A DNA stretch of 64,000 nt from Spirulina sp. (GTDB taxonomy: Bacteria > Cyanobacteriota > Cyanobacteriia > Phormidesmidales > Phormidesmidaceae), in the NCBI GenBank assembly GCA_044070495.1, contig JBIPSI010000003.1, positions 64,001 to 128,000 of the forward strand. Reading direction: 5' to 3'. A program made the translations under genes and the position numbers. Under the pieces are notes generated by a model. That model had not been told where the DNA came from and ran no database searches. It saw nothing but the letters and a program-made list of their open reading frames with translations. Shown here piece by piece: positions 39,886 through 48,782 of the stretch; position 1 is the first letter of the stretch, and the number at the start of each line of letters is the position of its first letter.

Positions 39886-41031
39886 ATGATGGAGATTCCC
39901 CCAGTCATTCGCCCTGAACGAACTCTATCAACGGCTGAGCGAATAGAGCTGTATAGGACACTCAACGGGTTGCCATTGTCTCAGCTACTAGAGCTAGAGT
40001 TTGCTCTGGATGTGCCTCAGGGGATTATGCCGCCGCCACTGGAGCGACAAGGCCTCCGAACTAGAGTTTTGCTTGATTGGGTTGGAGGCTCGACAGGAAT
40101 TGGATGGGATAAATTTCTTGACGTATTGAGAGATGTGACTGGTATCTCGCTAACCTGCCGATCTCAACGACTTAAAGTAGTCATTGAGGGAGATATCGCA
40201 GAAGCCGATTCAACACTATTACTCAAAATGTTGGCTGAGTTTCAAACCCAAGCACAGGCCCCTTCCCTAAAAATTTCCAGCATTAGGGAAGGTAGTATAG
40301 AGCTGATTTTGCAAGGTACCCCAGAGGAAATAGATCGGCTGAGAGAGTTGATAGATTCAGGTCAGCTTACCGAGTTCGTAGGGCAGCGCATTGGAGATGT
40401 AGAAAAAATCATTGATCTCAGCCATGCCAACCTCAGCAGTGCCAACCTCATCCGTGCCGACCTCATCCATGCCGACCTCAGCGGTGCCGACCTCAGCGGT
40501 GCCAACCTCAGCGGTGCCGACCTCAGCGGTGCCAACCTCAGCGGTGCCAACCTCAGCGGTGCCAACCTCAGCGGTGCCAACCTCAGCGGTGCCGACCTCA
40601 GCCGTGCCGACCTCATCCATGCCGACCTCGGTGGTGCCGACCTCGGTGGTGCCGACCTCAGGCAGGCCATCCTCAGGCATGTCGCCCTCAGCGGTGCTGA
40701 CCTCAGCCGTGCCATCCTCAGCGACACTGACCTCAGCCGTGCCGATCTCATGCAGGCCAACCTCAGCCATGCCATCCTCAGCCATGCCAACCTCAGCGAT
40801 GCCGACCTCAGCGATGCCGACCTCAGCCATGCCATCCTTAGCCATGCCCTCCTCAACGACACTGACCTCAGCCATGCCATCCTTTTCCGTACCGACCTCA
40901 GCCGTGCCATCCTCCGCAGTACAATATTTGGCAATAACCAAGGGTTAGATCAGGCAGACAAAATCGATTTGATAGAACGGGGGGCCATTTTTCGAGACAC
41001 CCCTGGCTCAGATGCCCCGGTCTTGGTCTAA
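39886..41031 (+). CDS. Pentapeptide-repeat protein with N-terminal effector-associated-like helical domain
   Basis: A(D/N)LSG-type repeats in the C-terminal half; N-terminal 'RIELYRTLNGLP...LEFALDVPQG...LLDWVGG' module. Confidence 0.88.
   Translation: MMEIPPVIRPERTLSTAERIELYRTLNGLPLSQLLELEFALDVPQGIMPPPLERQGLRTRVLLDWVGGSTGIGWDKFLDVLRDVTGISLTCRSQRLKVVIEGDIAEADSTLLLKMLAEFQTQAQAPSLKISSIREGSIELILQGTPEEIDRLRELIDSGQLTEFVGQRIGDVEKIIDLSHANLSSANLIRADLIHADLSGADLSGANLSGADLSGANLSGANLSGANLSGANLSGADLSRADLIHADLGGADLGGADLRQAILRHVALSGADLSRAILSDTDLSRADLMQANLSHAILSHANLSDADLSDADLSHAILSHALLNDTDLSHAILFRTDLSRAILRSTIFGNNQGLDQADKIDLIERGAIFRDTPGSDAPVLV
40415..40915 (+). repeat. 15-bp coding tandem repeat (pentapeptide)
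   Basis: GCC(A/G)ACCTCAGCGGT-type units repeated more than 30 times. Confidence 0.9.
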
Positions 41032-41149
41032 CTTCCAGATGTCTCAAACTTGCTATGGCCGTTTATTCTACAGAAAATGGGGTTGCAACTAGATCTATCC
41101 AGTTATCCCAGGCATTAGGCAGGAATGACGGAAAGAGAGAGCAAAATAA

Positions 41150-41250
41150 AGGGCACCTCAATTAATTGCCTTATTGCGAATCCAAAGAGACTGAAACCAC
41201 TAGAATCTAGTACCTATTCTCAATAAGGTTTGTATTTTTCGAGGTGCCCT
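41150..41250. mobile_element. ~100-bp MITE-like palindromic element
   Basis: Terminal inverted repeats AGGGCACCTC/GAGGTGCCCT plus inner TTATTGCGAAT/ATTCTCAATAA. Confidence 0.6.
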
Positions 41251-41473
41251 AGAGAATAATCAGGTGCTCCTAAAGGCCTTACGGCAGTAGATCGCAGGTT
41301 TTGGAGGATTTTTCTCTAACCTGTAGATTAATGCGCTACCAAGACAACTTAGCTGGATCTTCACCACTGCTCCGAATGAGGTCTAGAATGCTTGCCAATA
41401 AACGGCTTCAGCCACACGGGCGCTAACTTTGAACCAGCCCCTATTCTGAGGCCCAGTCTATTCACGGTGGCCC

Positions 41474-44400
41474 ATGGCTGAAACAGTCTCCATTCTGCTC
41501 CAGGCAATCGATCAAGTGTCGCCCGTTCTCAACGCGATTCGGTCGGGGTTGGCGGGTCTATCCAGCGGGTTTGACTCTGGTGGGCTAGCCAGTGGGGCGG
41601 GGCACATCGGCAGTGCGATCACTGATGCGGGACAGCGGATCATGGCTGTCCAGGGTGACTTGCAGCGGGCCAGTGGGGCGATGGTGGTAGGCGGGGCGGC
41701 GATGGCGGCTCCGATTGTGGCGTTTGGTGCATCGGCGGCGCAGGTGGCAGGGCAGTTCGAGGCCAGCATGAACCAGGTTGCGGCCCTGTCGGGGGAGATG
41801 CCTGGAACCGTGGGCAGCAGTTTTAATGCCATGCGCCAGCAGGCGATGGAACTGGGGCGCACCACTCAATACAGCGCCAGTGAGGCCGCAGGGGCGATGG
41901 CGTTCCTTTCTGCCGCAGGCTTTCAGGCTGAGCAAACCATGGGTGCCCTGCCTGCCACGTTGCAACTGGCGGCGGCGACCAATACCGACCTAGCCCGCAC
42001 AGCGGATATTGCCTCGAATGTGATGACGGGCTATAGCTCCGTGGTGAGCGAGGCCGGGGGCAACTATGAGGTGGCCATGCGCCGGGTGGCCAGCGTGACG
42101 GCGGAGGCCTTTTCTACGTCTAACCTGGGCACCTCGATCAGCGGGTTGGGCGAGTCGATGAAGATGGTGGCTCCCCTGGCCTCTGGGATGGGTATTTCCT
42201 TCGAGCAAACGGCGGCGGCAATTGGGATGCTGGGCAATGCGGGGATTCAGGGCACGATGGCGGGCACCCAGATGGCGATGGTGCTTCAGAAGCTGGCCAA
42301 TCCGGTCGGACGTACCCAGAGCAAAATTGCGGAGCTGGGACTGGAGTTCCATAACGCGGACGGCTCTGTGAAGGACTTTGTGGGCATTTTGGCTGAGCTA
42401 GAGCGGGCCAACGTTAGCGCATCCGATATGTCGGCCCTGTTCGGGGAACAAACCAAGTCCATGATCCCGCTCCTAGAAATGGGGAGTCAGGCGGTGGCTG
42501 ACTATGCGGATCAACTGGCAACCGCCGATGGTCGAGGACGGCTGGAGCAACTTGCCGATGTGCAGATGCAGGGATTCCAGGGCGCTCTCCGGTCGCTGGG
42601 TAGCGCCTGGGAGGGGTTACAGATCTCGTTTATGTCGAGCGGGGTGCTGAATGTGTTTAGCGGCATCATCCAGGGCATTGCGGGCATGGTGCGGGCTTTT
42701 GCGGGGCTTCCGGCTCCGGTGTTCCAGGTGATTGCCGTCATCATGGGCCTAGTTGCCGCTGTGGGTACCGTCATGGCTGCATTAGGCGGGATTGGTCTAG
42801 CGGCCTCCGCCATCATGGGTGGGTTTGCGGCGCTGCCCGTTTTCTTTGGGGCTGTGGGTACGATAGTCAGCGCCCTAGGTGGCATATTTGCTGCCGTTGG
42901 AGCCGTGGCCGCTGGTTCCTTGTTGCCGATTCTGGGCATCGCTGCCGCTGTTGCCGCTGCCGCCTTCCTGATCATCGCGAACTGGTCGGCCATCTCTGGG
43001 GTGTTGGCCGGGGTAGGGGCTGCGATAGCATCGGCATTTCAACCCTTGCTCACCGTCCTGGGGCAAGCGATAGCGGTCATCCAAGCTTATTTCGCTGGCT
43101 TGGTTGAGGGGTTCCGGGCGGGACTGGCTCCCCTTGGTGGCATCTTTGCGGAAGTCGGTGCGGCCTGGGGTTCAGCCTTTCAAGGGGTAGGGGCGGCGTT
43201 TCAGGCTGTCCTAGGCATTGTGGGCCAGGTCGTGGGCGCAATTGCGGGGGCGATTTCGACGACGCTGGGGCTGGGGGCTGGATTTGATGCGGCCACATCG
43301 GGCGCTCGTTCCTTTGGGGCCACGGTGGGCGGGGCTATGGCGGGGGCGGTAGTGGCGACGGCCCGCGTTGTGGGTGGTGTAGCCCAGATCGGGGCAATGC
43401 TGGTGCAGGGGTTGGCGGGGGCGATCTCGGCGGTGGCTGGTGTGGTCGGGGCCGTTCTGGCTCCTATCCTCAGGATTGGCAGCGCCATTGCAGGTGCCCT
43501 CGGTGGTGCCGCCGTCGGCGCGATAGTGGGCCTGGTACAGGGGCTAGGGTCAGCCATCGCGCCAGTGGGTGCCGCCTTCTCCAGTGCGGGTGCGGCCCTT
43601 GGCCTTGCCTTTGAGTCGATCAAGCTGGCTATGGCGGATGTGGGAACGGCGTTCCAGTCGGCCTTCGCTACCATTGGTGCGGCGATTGCTCCCATCAGTG
43701 CAGCCCTGAGTCGTTTGGGAATTGAGTTTGGCGGGGCTGGCAGTGCTGCTCAACTGCTGGGGACAATGGTGGGCCAAGGACTCGCCGCCATCATTATCGG
43801 AGTTGCCAGGGTGGTTACTGTAGTCGCCCAACTGGTGGCGATCTTTGTTCGCCTAGGGGCCGCGATTGTCTCTGGGCTGGCCACCGCCTCTGCCGCCGTC
43901 TCTACCTTGGCCGCAGGAGTCCTGGGCAGATTGAGTGGCGCGATGGCCAGCGTCATTGCCTTGGGCTCTGGGTTGGCCCAAGCCTTCATGAATCCTGTAC
44001 AGACCATCGCGACTCTATTCGCCGCTCTTCCGAGTCAGATTGCCTCAGTAGTCGGCCAAATCACGGGCCTCATGGCGGGTCTCTTCTCAGGGGTTGGCGG
44101 TGGCGGGGGCAGCGGTATTGCGGCGGCGGTTCTCGCGCCCCTGCGGATTATTCCTGCGGCGATTGTAGGGATTGCGGGACAGGTGCAGTCGGCCCTGGGA
44201 GGCCTATTCTCTGGGGCGGGTGCCCAGGGGGCCATTGCTTTTGTGCAGAATATTCTGTCCGCATTGGGTACCCTGCCGGGGGCGATTGCGGGCATTGCCA
44301 GCGGTCTAGCAGGTGCCTTCACGGGGGCAATCACAGGCATCGTGGCTCAGTTCATGGCGCTGGGGACGACCATTGCCTCCACCTTAACCACGGCACTATC

Positions 44401-45610
44401 AACGATTGGCCAGGTCATTGGCAGCGGTCTAACCACAGCGTTTCAGTCCGCGATCTCAGTGGTGCAGGTGGGCCTAGCGACCTTACAGGCTGGGGTGATG
44501 GCAGCGGCAACCCTGATCGGGACTGGGCTATCCTTCGCCTTTCAGTCCGTGCTGACTGCCCTGGCACAGTTCGGGCCAATGATCGCCGGGTTCATCGCGG
44601 TGCTGATGCAGATCCCTCCCATCGCGATGCAGATCGGTATGGCTGTGATGGCGGTAGTAATGCAGGTCATCGCAGGCTTTCAGCAGATCATCATGGCGGG
44701 CCAAATGGTGATCGCCGGATTCATGCAGGTGGGTGTCGCCGTGATGGCCTTCGGAGTTCAGTCCGTCGGTGCAGTTCAGGGGGTGGTTGGTGCGATTGCG
44801 GCCCTGGTGGGTCGGGTACCCAGCATTACGGCGGCATTTAGCGCCATGGCTTCAGCCGTCCTCGGAGTTCTGAATGGCCTAGCGGGGCAGATGTTTGGCG
44901 CGGGTGCCCGCATCGTGCAGCAGATTGCGGCGGGGATTCGATCCGGCATGGGAGTTGTCACATCTGCCATTTCCAGCGTAGCGGCGGCGGTGCGGGGGGC
45001 ATTGCCCTTTTCCCCTGCTGAGTGGGGGCCACTCTCCGACCTGCATAAGACAGGGCCAGGGTTGATCAATACCTTCACCCAAGGCATAGAGCCGGGGCCA
45101 GTGGAACGGGTGCTGGGTTCTGTGATGGGACGGGCGCGGCGGATCATTAGCGAACCCCTGGAGCCGAACATCATTGGGGCCAATGCGGTGGTCGGTTCCG
45201 CCATGGCTGGAGCAATCGCGCTAACCCCGGCCCTTGGCGGGGGCATCATGCCGCCTAATGCCCCCGCCCCACAGGCTCCGACGCTGGCCCAGGGGGTGGG
45301 CCTTGAGGCCATGCGGACGCCGCCGTTCATTCCAGAGGGGCTGACGGGGCCAGGGTTACTAGGGCCACCAGGGTTACCGCCTGAACCCAGGGTGCCCGTG
45401 ATGGAGTCCTCCGCTGCACCAACGGCAAGTGGAGGACTGGGTGGCGCACCGATTACCATCAACCTGACCATGAATGTGACCGTGGAGGGCGGAGGAAACG
45501 AGCAAGACCTGCGCCGCCAGTTCCAAGCCATACTTGCCGAGGGCGGCGATCTGCTAGAGCGAAAGCTGAACGAAATAGCTGCTGATCATCGTCGCCGGGG
45601 GTATAGCTAA
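41474..45610 (+). CDS. Tail tape measure protein (TP901-family core)
   Basis: 1378 aa, Ala/Gly-rich; 'FEASMNQVAAL', 'ELGRTTQYSASEAAGAMAFL', 'LGNAGIQGTMAGT' and 'LPFSPAEWGPLSDL'. Confidence 0.95.
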   Translation: MAETVSILLQAIDQVSPVLNAIRSGLAGLSSGFDSGGLASGAGHIGSAITDAGQRIMAVQGDLQRASGAMVVGGAAMAAPIVAFGASAAQVAGQFEASMNQVAALSGEMPGTVGSSFNAMRQQAMELGRTTQYSASEAAGAMAFLSAAGFQAEQTMGALPATLQLAAATNTDLARTADIASNVMTGYSSVVSEAGGNYEVAMRRVASVTAEAFSTSNLGTSISGLGESMKMVAPLASGMGISFEQTAAAIGMLGNAGIQGTMAGTQMAMVLQKLANPVGRTQSKIAELGLEFHNADGSVKDFVGILAELERANVSASDMSALFGEQTKSMIPLLEMGSQAVADYADQLATADGRGRLEQLADVQMQGFQGALRSLGSAWEGLQISFMSSGVLNVFSGIIQGIAGMVRAFAGLPAPVFQVIAVIMGLVAAVGTVMAALGGIGLAASAIMGGFAALPVFFGAVGTIVSALGGIFAAVGAVAAGSLLPILGIAAAVAAAAFLIIANWSAISGVLAGVGAAIASAFQPLLTVLGQAIAVIQAYFAGLVEGFRAGLAPLGGIFAEVGAAWGSAFQGVGAAFQAVLGIVGQVVGAIAGAISTTLGLGAGFDAATSGARSFGATVGGAMAGAVVATARVVGGVAQIGAMLVQGLAGAISAVAGVVGAVLAPILRIGSAIAGALGGAAVGAIVGLVQGLGSAIAPVGAAFSSAGAALGLAFESIKLAMADVGTAFQSAFATIGAAIAPISAALSRLGIEFGGAGSAAQLLGTMVGQGLAAIIIGVARVVTVVAQLVAIFVRLGAAIVSGLATASAAVSTLAAGVLGRLSGAMASVIALGSGLAQAFMNPVQTIATLFAALPSQIASVVGQITGLMAGLFSGVGGGGGSGIAAAVLAPLRIIPAAIVGIAGQVQSALGGLFSGAGAQGAIAFVQNILSALGTLPGAIAGIASGLAGAFTGAITGIVAQFMALGTTIASTLTTALSTIGQVIGSGLTTAFQSAISVVQVGLATLQAGVMAAATLIGTGLSFAFQSVLTALAQFGPMIAGFIAVLMQIPPIAMQIGMAVMAVVMQVIAGFQQIIMAGQMVIAGFMQVGVAVMAFGVQSVGAVQGVVGAIAALVGRVPSITAAFSAMASAVLGVLNGLAGQMFGAGARIVQQIAAGIRSGMGVVTSAISSVAAAVRGALPFSPAEWGPLSDLHKTGPGLINTFTQGIEPGPVERVLGSVMGRARRIISEPLEPNIIGANAVVGSAMAGAIALTPALGGGIMPPNAPAPQAPTLAQGVGLEAMRTPPFIPEGLTGPGLLGPPGLPPEPRVPVMESSAAPTASGGLGGAPITINLTMNVTVEGGGNEQDLRRQFQAILAEGGDLLERKLNEIAADHRRRGYS

Positions 45611-45611
45611 G

Positions 45612-46109
45612 ATGCGCGGATTCTTTGGGCCACTAGAATTTGAGAATGCCTACTCCCCGACGGGGGCCACCCTCAAGCTGGCCAATAAACTCGCGGAACA
45701 CCCCCGATTAGAAACCAAGGGGGTCTTGCAGTGGACGGGATACGATTTGAACCTGGTCGATCTAAAATTTCGCTGGGACTACTGGCATACCAACCCAGCC
45801 GCCCAGGTCGAGACGGCGATGGCAATGTTGATGGCCCATGACGCTTATCCCCTAGTCACCGTCACCGAGGTGAAGGGGACAGTCTACGGAATGCCCTACG
45901 GGGGCAGCGATATTTTTGAGAACGAGTATGTTATGGCCAAGTTTGACATCGACGTAAAGCACACCGACCACTCCGGGCGGCTGACCTGCGTGGAGGCCAC
46001 TGCCCACCTCATCGAGGTGGTTCAGGACGGCGGCATTGGTGGCATTGGGGCAGGCGGGGGCGGGTTCCTGGGCGCAATCGGCGGGTTCATATCGGGATTG
46101 TTCGGCTAA
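45612..46109 (+). CDS. P2 gpU-like tail tube initiator
   Basis: Follows the tape measure gene; 'FGPLEF...AEHPRL...LQWTG'. Confidence 0.78.
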   Translation: MRGFFGPLEFENAYSPTGATLKLANKLAEHPRLETKGVLQWTGYDLNLVDLKFRWDYWHTNPAAQVETAMAMLMAHDAYPLVTVTEVKGTVYGMPYGGSDIFENEYVMAKFDIDVKHTDHSGRLTCVEATAHLIEVVQDGGIGGIGAGGGGFLGAIGGFISGLFG

Positions 46110-46414
46110 TGAGTACGTTTGTTTTCAACAACCAACAACTGATTGAGGACGTGACCCGCAGGCTACACCAAGGCACTCAACCCTTCCGTCAGTTTGTTCC
46201 GAACGTCGATGTTCGCTGGGATGCCCTCAGCCATGCCTTCTACGGCACTCCCTGGCTAGAGGAAATCCTAGTCAGGGCCAACCCCAACCACATCGGCCAA
46301 GTCTTTGCCCCCGCCGGGACAACTTTGATTATCCCGGAACTGGGCAAGGTGGCTTGGGTCGATCCGAATAGCCTGCCCCCATGGGATACTCGGCGGCAAA
46401 GCCGGAGGCGCTAG
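46109..46414 (+). CDS. P2 gpX-like (LysM-like) tail protein
   Basis: 'RWDALSHAFYG...LVRANP...GTTLIIP...LPPW'. Confidence 0.85.
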   Translation: MSTFVFNNQQLIEDVTRRLHQGTQPFRQFVPNVDVRWDALSHAFYGTPWLEEILVRANPNHIGQVFAPAGTTLIIPELGKVAWVDPNSLPPWDTRRQSRRR

Positions 46415-47464
46415 ATGGTTCAGAGCGGTGGTAACGCCGGGGGTGGGCGGAGGCCCAGACTCCCGGCCTATGACGTGTCCTACGAGGGCGCAGACATCTC
46501 GCTATACATCGAAAAAATCGAGGTTACTGAGGAACTGGAGGGTAGCAGCGACTCGGCTAACCTGGTCGCCAATAACTACCAACTGCACTGGTATAACGAA
46601 TGGCGACCGCGCCTTGGTGATCGCTTCACGGTTAGCCTTGGCTATCGGGATGAAGCCTTTACGGCCCCAGTCACCTACGAGGTGGATGAACCGACCTTTC
46701 GGATTGCGCCGGACGTGATGGAGCTGAAAGGGCTGGCTACCCCAGTGACCGAGAGCCTACGTCAGAAGTCTAGCAATGCCTTTGAACAATGGACGCTGCG
46801 CGAGATGGCCGAGTATGTGGCCGAAAAGCACGGCCTAGAGTTGGTCGGGGAGGTGCCTGAAATTCTCTTTGATCGCGTCACCCAGAAAAATGAAGAGGAT
46901 CTGGCATGGCTGCGTAAGCTCGCCCTCAAGTATGGCGTGATCTTCAAGGTCGAGAGTTGTGAACGCCTGGTCTTTGCCGTCGAGAGCGAGATTGAGGCCA
47001 TGCCGCCGATCTACGAAATCAGTCGTAAGTTGCTGAGTGATGACGGTAGCACCAGCTTTAAGATGCAGACCACGGACACCTATCGGGAGGCCCAGGCCGA
47101 CTACAAAGACCCGAAGACGAATGAATGGATGACCCTGGTCGCCACCTCCGACAATCCAGAGGTGGCGACGGGCGACGTTCTGCGGATTACGGGGGAGCGC
47201 TTCGAGAACGTAGAGCAACTGGAACTCAGGACGGCGGAGGCACTTCGTAAGGCCAATAGCACCCTGGTGGAAGGAACGCTCAACCTAGAGGGTGAGGTGT
47301 ACTGGCGGGCGGGGCTGAACCTCTGGCTACCCGACGACCGAGACGAGTTTGGTTTCTTGGGCGGCAAATACCAGGTTCGCAGCGTTAAGCACACCCTGGT
47401 GCCAGAGGGGGGCCGAAAGCAGGGCTGGCGCTCCGAGTTGTCCGTCCGCAAAGTCTTTGAGTGA
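46415..47464 (+). CDS. P2 gpD-like baseplate hub / late control protein
   Basis: 'VSLGY', 'RVTQKNEEDLAWLRKLALKYG' and 'GKYQVRSVKH'. Confidence 0.88.
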   Translation: MVQSGGNAGGGRRPRLPAYDVSYEGADISLYIEKIEVTEELEGSSDSANLVANNYQLHWYNEWRPRLGDRFTVSLGYRDEAFTAPVTYEVDEPTFRIAPDVMELKGLATPVTESLRQKSSNAFEQWTLREMAEYVAEKHGLELVGEVPEILFDRVTQKNEEDLAWLRKLALKYGVIFKVESCERLVFAVESEIEAMPPIYEISRKLLSDDGSTSFKMQTTDTYREAQADYKDPKTNEWMTLVATSDNPEVATGDVLRITGERFENVEQLELRTAEALRKANSTLVEGTLNLEGEVYWRAGLNLWLPDDRDEFGFLGGKYQVRSVKHTLVPEGGRKQGWRSELSVRKVFE

Positions 47465-47488
47465 CTAAGATAGGGGCACGTTTGGAGG

Positions 47489-48307
47489 ATGGGAATGTCC
47501 AAAAACCTATTCAGCCATAGGCCCGTTAGCCCTGGTGGCGATGTCCATAACGTTCAGCAGGGGCGATTGGCACTGCGCTGGGGCAAGGTGGTGGAGCTAT
47601 CGCCAGAGCATAGCCAAGTCAGGGTTGAGACGGACGAACTCGACGAAATCCCGTCCTACTGGCTTTCCATCCTGTATCCCAAAACCTGGCACGACAAATT
47701 CTATTGGATGCCCGAACTGGATGAGCATGTCTGGTTTCTGTGGGACGAGCAGGGCGAAGAGGGCGTTATCCTGGGCGCGTTCTACTGTGCTGAGGTGCCC
47801 CTGTCGGAACGACACGAACCCACCCCGCACAAAACCGAGATTCACTGGGGCGATGAGAGTTTCTTTATCTATGATCGCGCCGAACATCGGGGCGAGTGGA
47901 ACGTGCGGGGGCAGGTCGAGATCCGCGCTAAGGATGGTCGGATGGAACTCGAAGCCACCGACGATCTACACCTCCATGGCAAGACCATCACCCTCGAAGC
48001 CTGCGAACGCATTACGCTACGGGCTCCCCTAATTATTCTGGAGGGGGCCGTCACGATGAATGGAGGGGCCGGGGGCATTGCCATGATGGGAGCCAGTTTC
48101 ATGGCGGGTGGCATTCCCATTGCTGGCATTGGTAGTGCTGTGGCCGGGGGCCGGGTGGTATCTGGGATTCCAGGGCTGGCAGGTGGATCTGGTGGCGGTG
48201 AGGTCGGCTGCCCGGAGCCAGAGACGGCAGCAGAGGTTGAGGTTGAGCAAGAGGGTGACCTGCGCCGATTGATGGGATACACGCCACCGGGGTTCGGAAA
48301 TGCCTGA
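47489..48307 (+). CDS. Baseplate spike protein (P2 gpV-like)
   Basis: OB-fold 'SYWL...YWMPELDEHV...GVILGAFY' followed by beta-helix repeats. Confidence 0.85.
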   Translation: MGMSKNLFSHRPVSPGGDVHNVQQGRLALRWGKVVELSPEHSQVRVETDELDEIPSYWLSILYPKTWHDKFYWMPELDEHVWFLWDEQGEEGVILGAFYCAEVPLSERHEPTPHKTEIHWGDESFFIYDRAEHRGEWNVRGQVEIRAKDGRMELEATDDLHLHGKTITLEACERITLRAPLIILEGAVTMNGGAGGIAMMGASFMAGGIPIAGIGSAVAGGRVVSGIPGLAGGSGGGEVGCPEPETAAEVEVEQEGDLRRLMGYTPPGFGNA

Positions 48308-48782
48308 TTCATTTAACGCGCAAGACATTCAGATCGTGCCGCCCGTCCCGCCCATCCCGGCGATCTCGGAGGTGTCGATGCCGCGATCCCTATGGCGGCA
48401 AGCCAAGCTAAGCGAAATTGGCAACGGCGTTGCCGATTCAGTGGGTGCGGTTGTAACCGACCTAGCCGACGTGGCCCAGTGCATTCAGATTATTCTGACC
48501 ACACCCAAGGGCACCGATCCCTACCGCCCAGACTTTGCCCTAGAGATTTTGGACTACCTGGACTGGCCGATCCAAAAGGCTACGCCGTTTGTGGTGCGCG
48601 AAGCCATGCGGGCCGTGCTGACCTGGGAACCCAGGGTAGAGGTGACAAAGGTTGGAGTACGCTACGACGGAGCACCCCTGGGGCAGGCGTACATCTCGGT
48701 TGAATGGCGGCTCAAAGATCCACCTAGATCGACCCAGGTACAGATCACCGAGGCATTGTTTGGGAGGACGGTGTATGGCTGA
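48300..48782 (+). CDS. gpW/gp25 family baseplate protein
   Basis: 'DVAQCIQIILTTPKGTDPYRPDF...WEPRV'. Confidence 0.9.
   Translation: MPDSFNAQDIQIVPPVPPIPAISEVSMPRSLWRQAKLSEIGNGVADSVGAVVTDLADVAQCIQIILTTPKGTDPYRPDFALEILDYLDWPIQKATPFVVREAMRAVLTWEPRVEVTKVGVRYDGAPLGQAYISVEWRLKDPPRSTQVQITEALFGRTVYG

Larger units (their letters stand above)
15760..41473. mobile_element. ~25.7 kb defence/accessory island inserted between chaperone and tape-measure genes
   Basis: Abrupt change to non-phage genes and lower GC; phage gene order resumes at 41474; no integrase, transposase or convincing target duplication seen. Confidence 0.8.

Noticed and set aside
40357..40948. Long alternative-frame ORFs (PTSAV, AEVGT, RLAPL repeats) and a possible CRISPR-like array
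   Set aside because: They are shadows of the 15-bp pentapeptide coding repeat; there are no unique spacers.
15756..41231. ATAAGGTTT at 15756 and 41223 as a possible target-site duplication of the island
   Set aside because: Only 9 bp, expected by chance, and the right copy lies inside the MITE-like element.
41512..45531. Many antisense ORFs across the tape-measure gene
   Set aside because: Expected in GC-rich Ala/Gly-coding DNA; no independent motifs or start signals.
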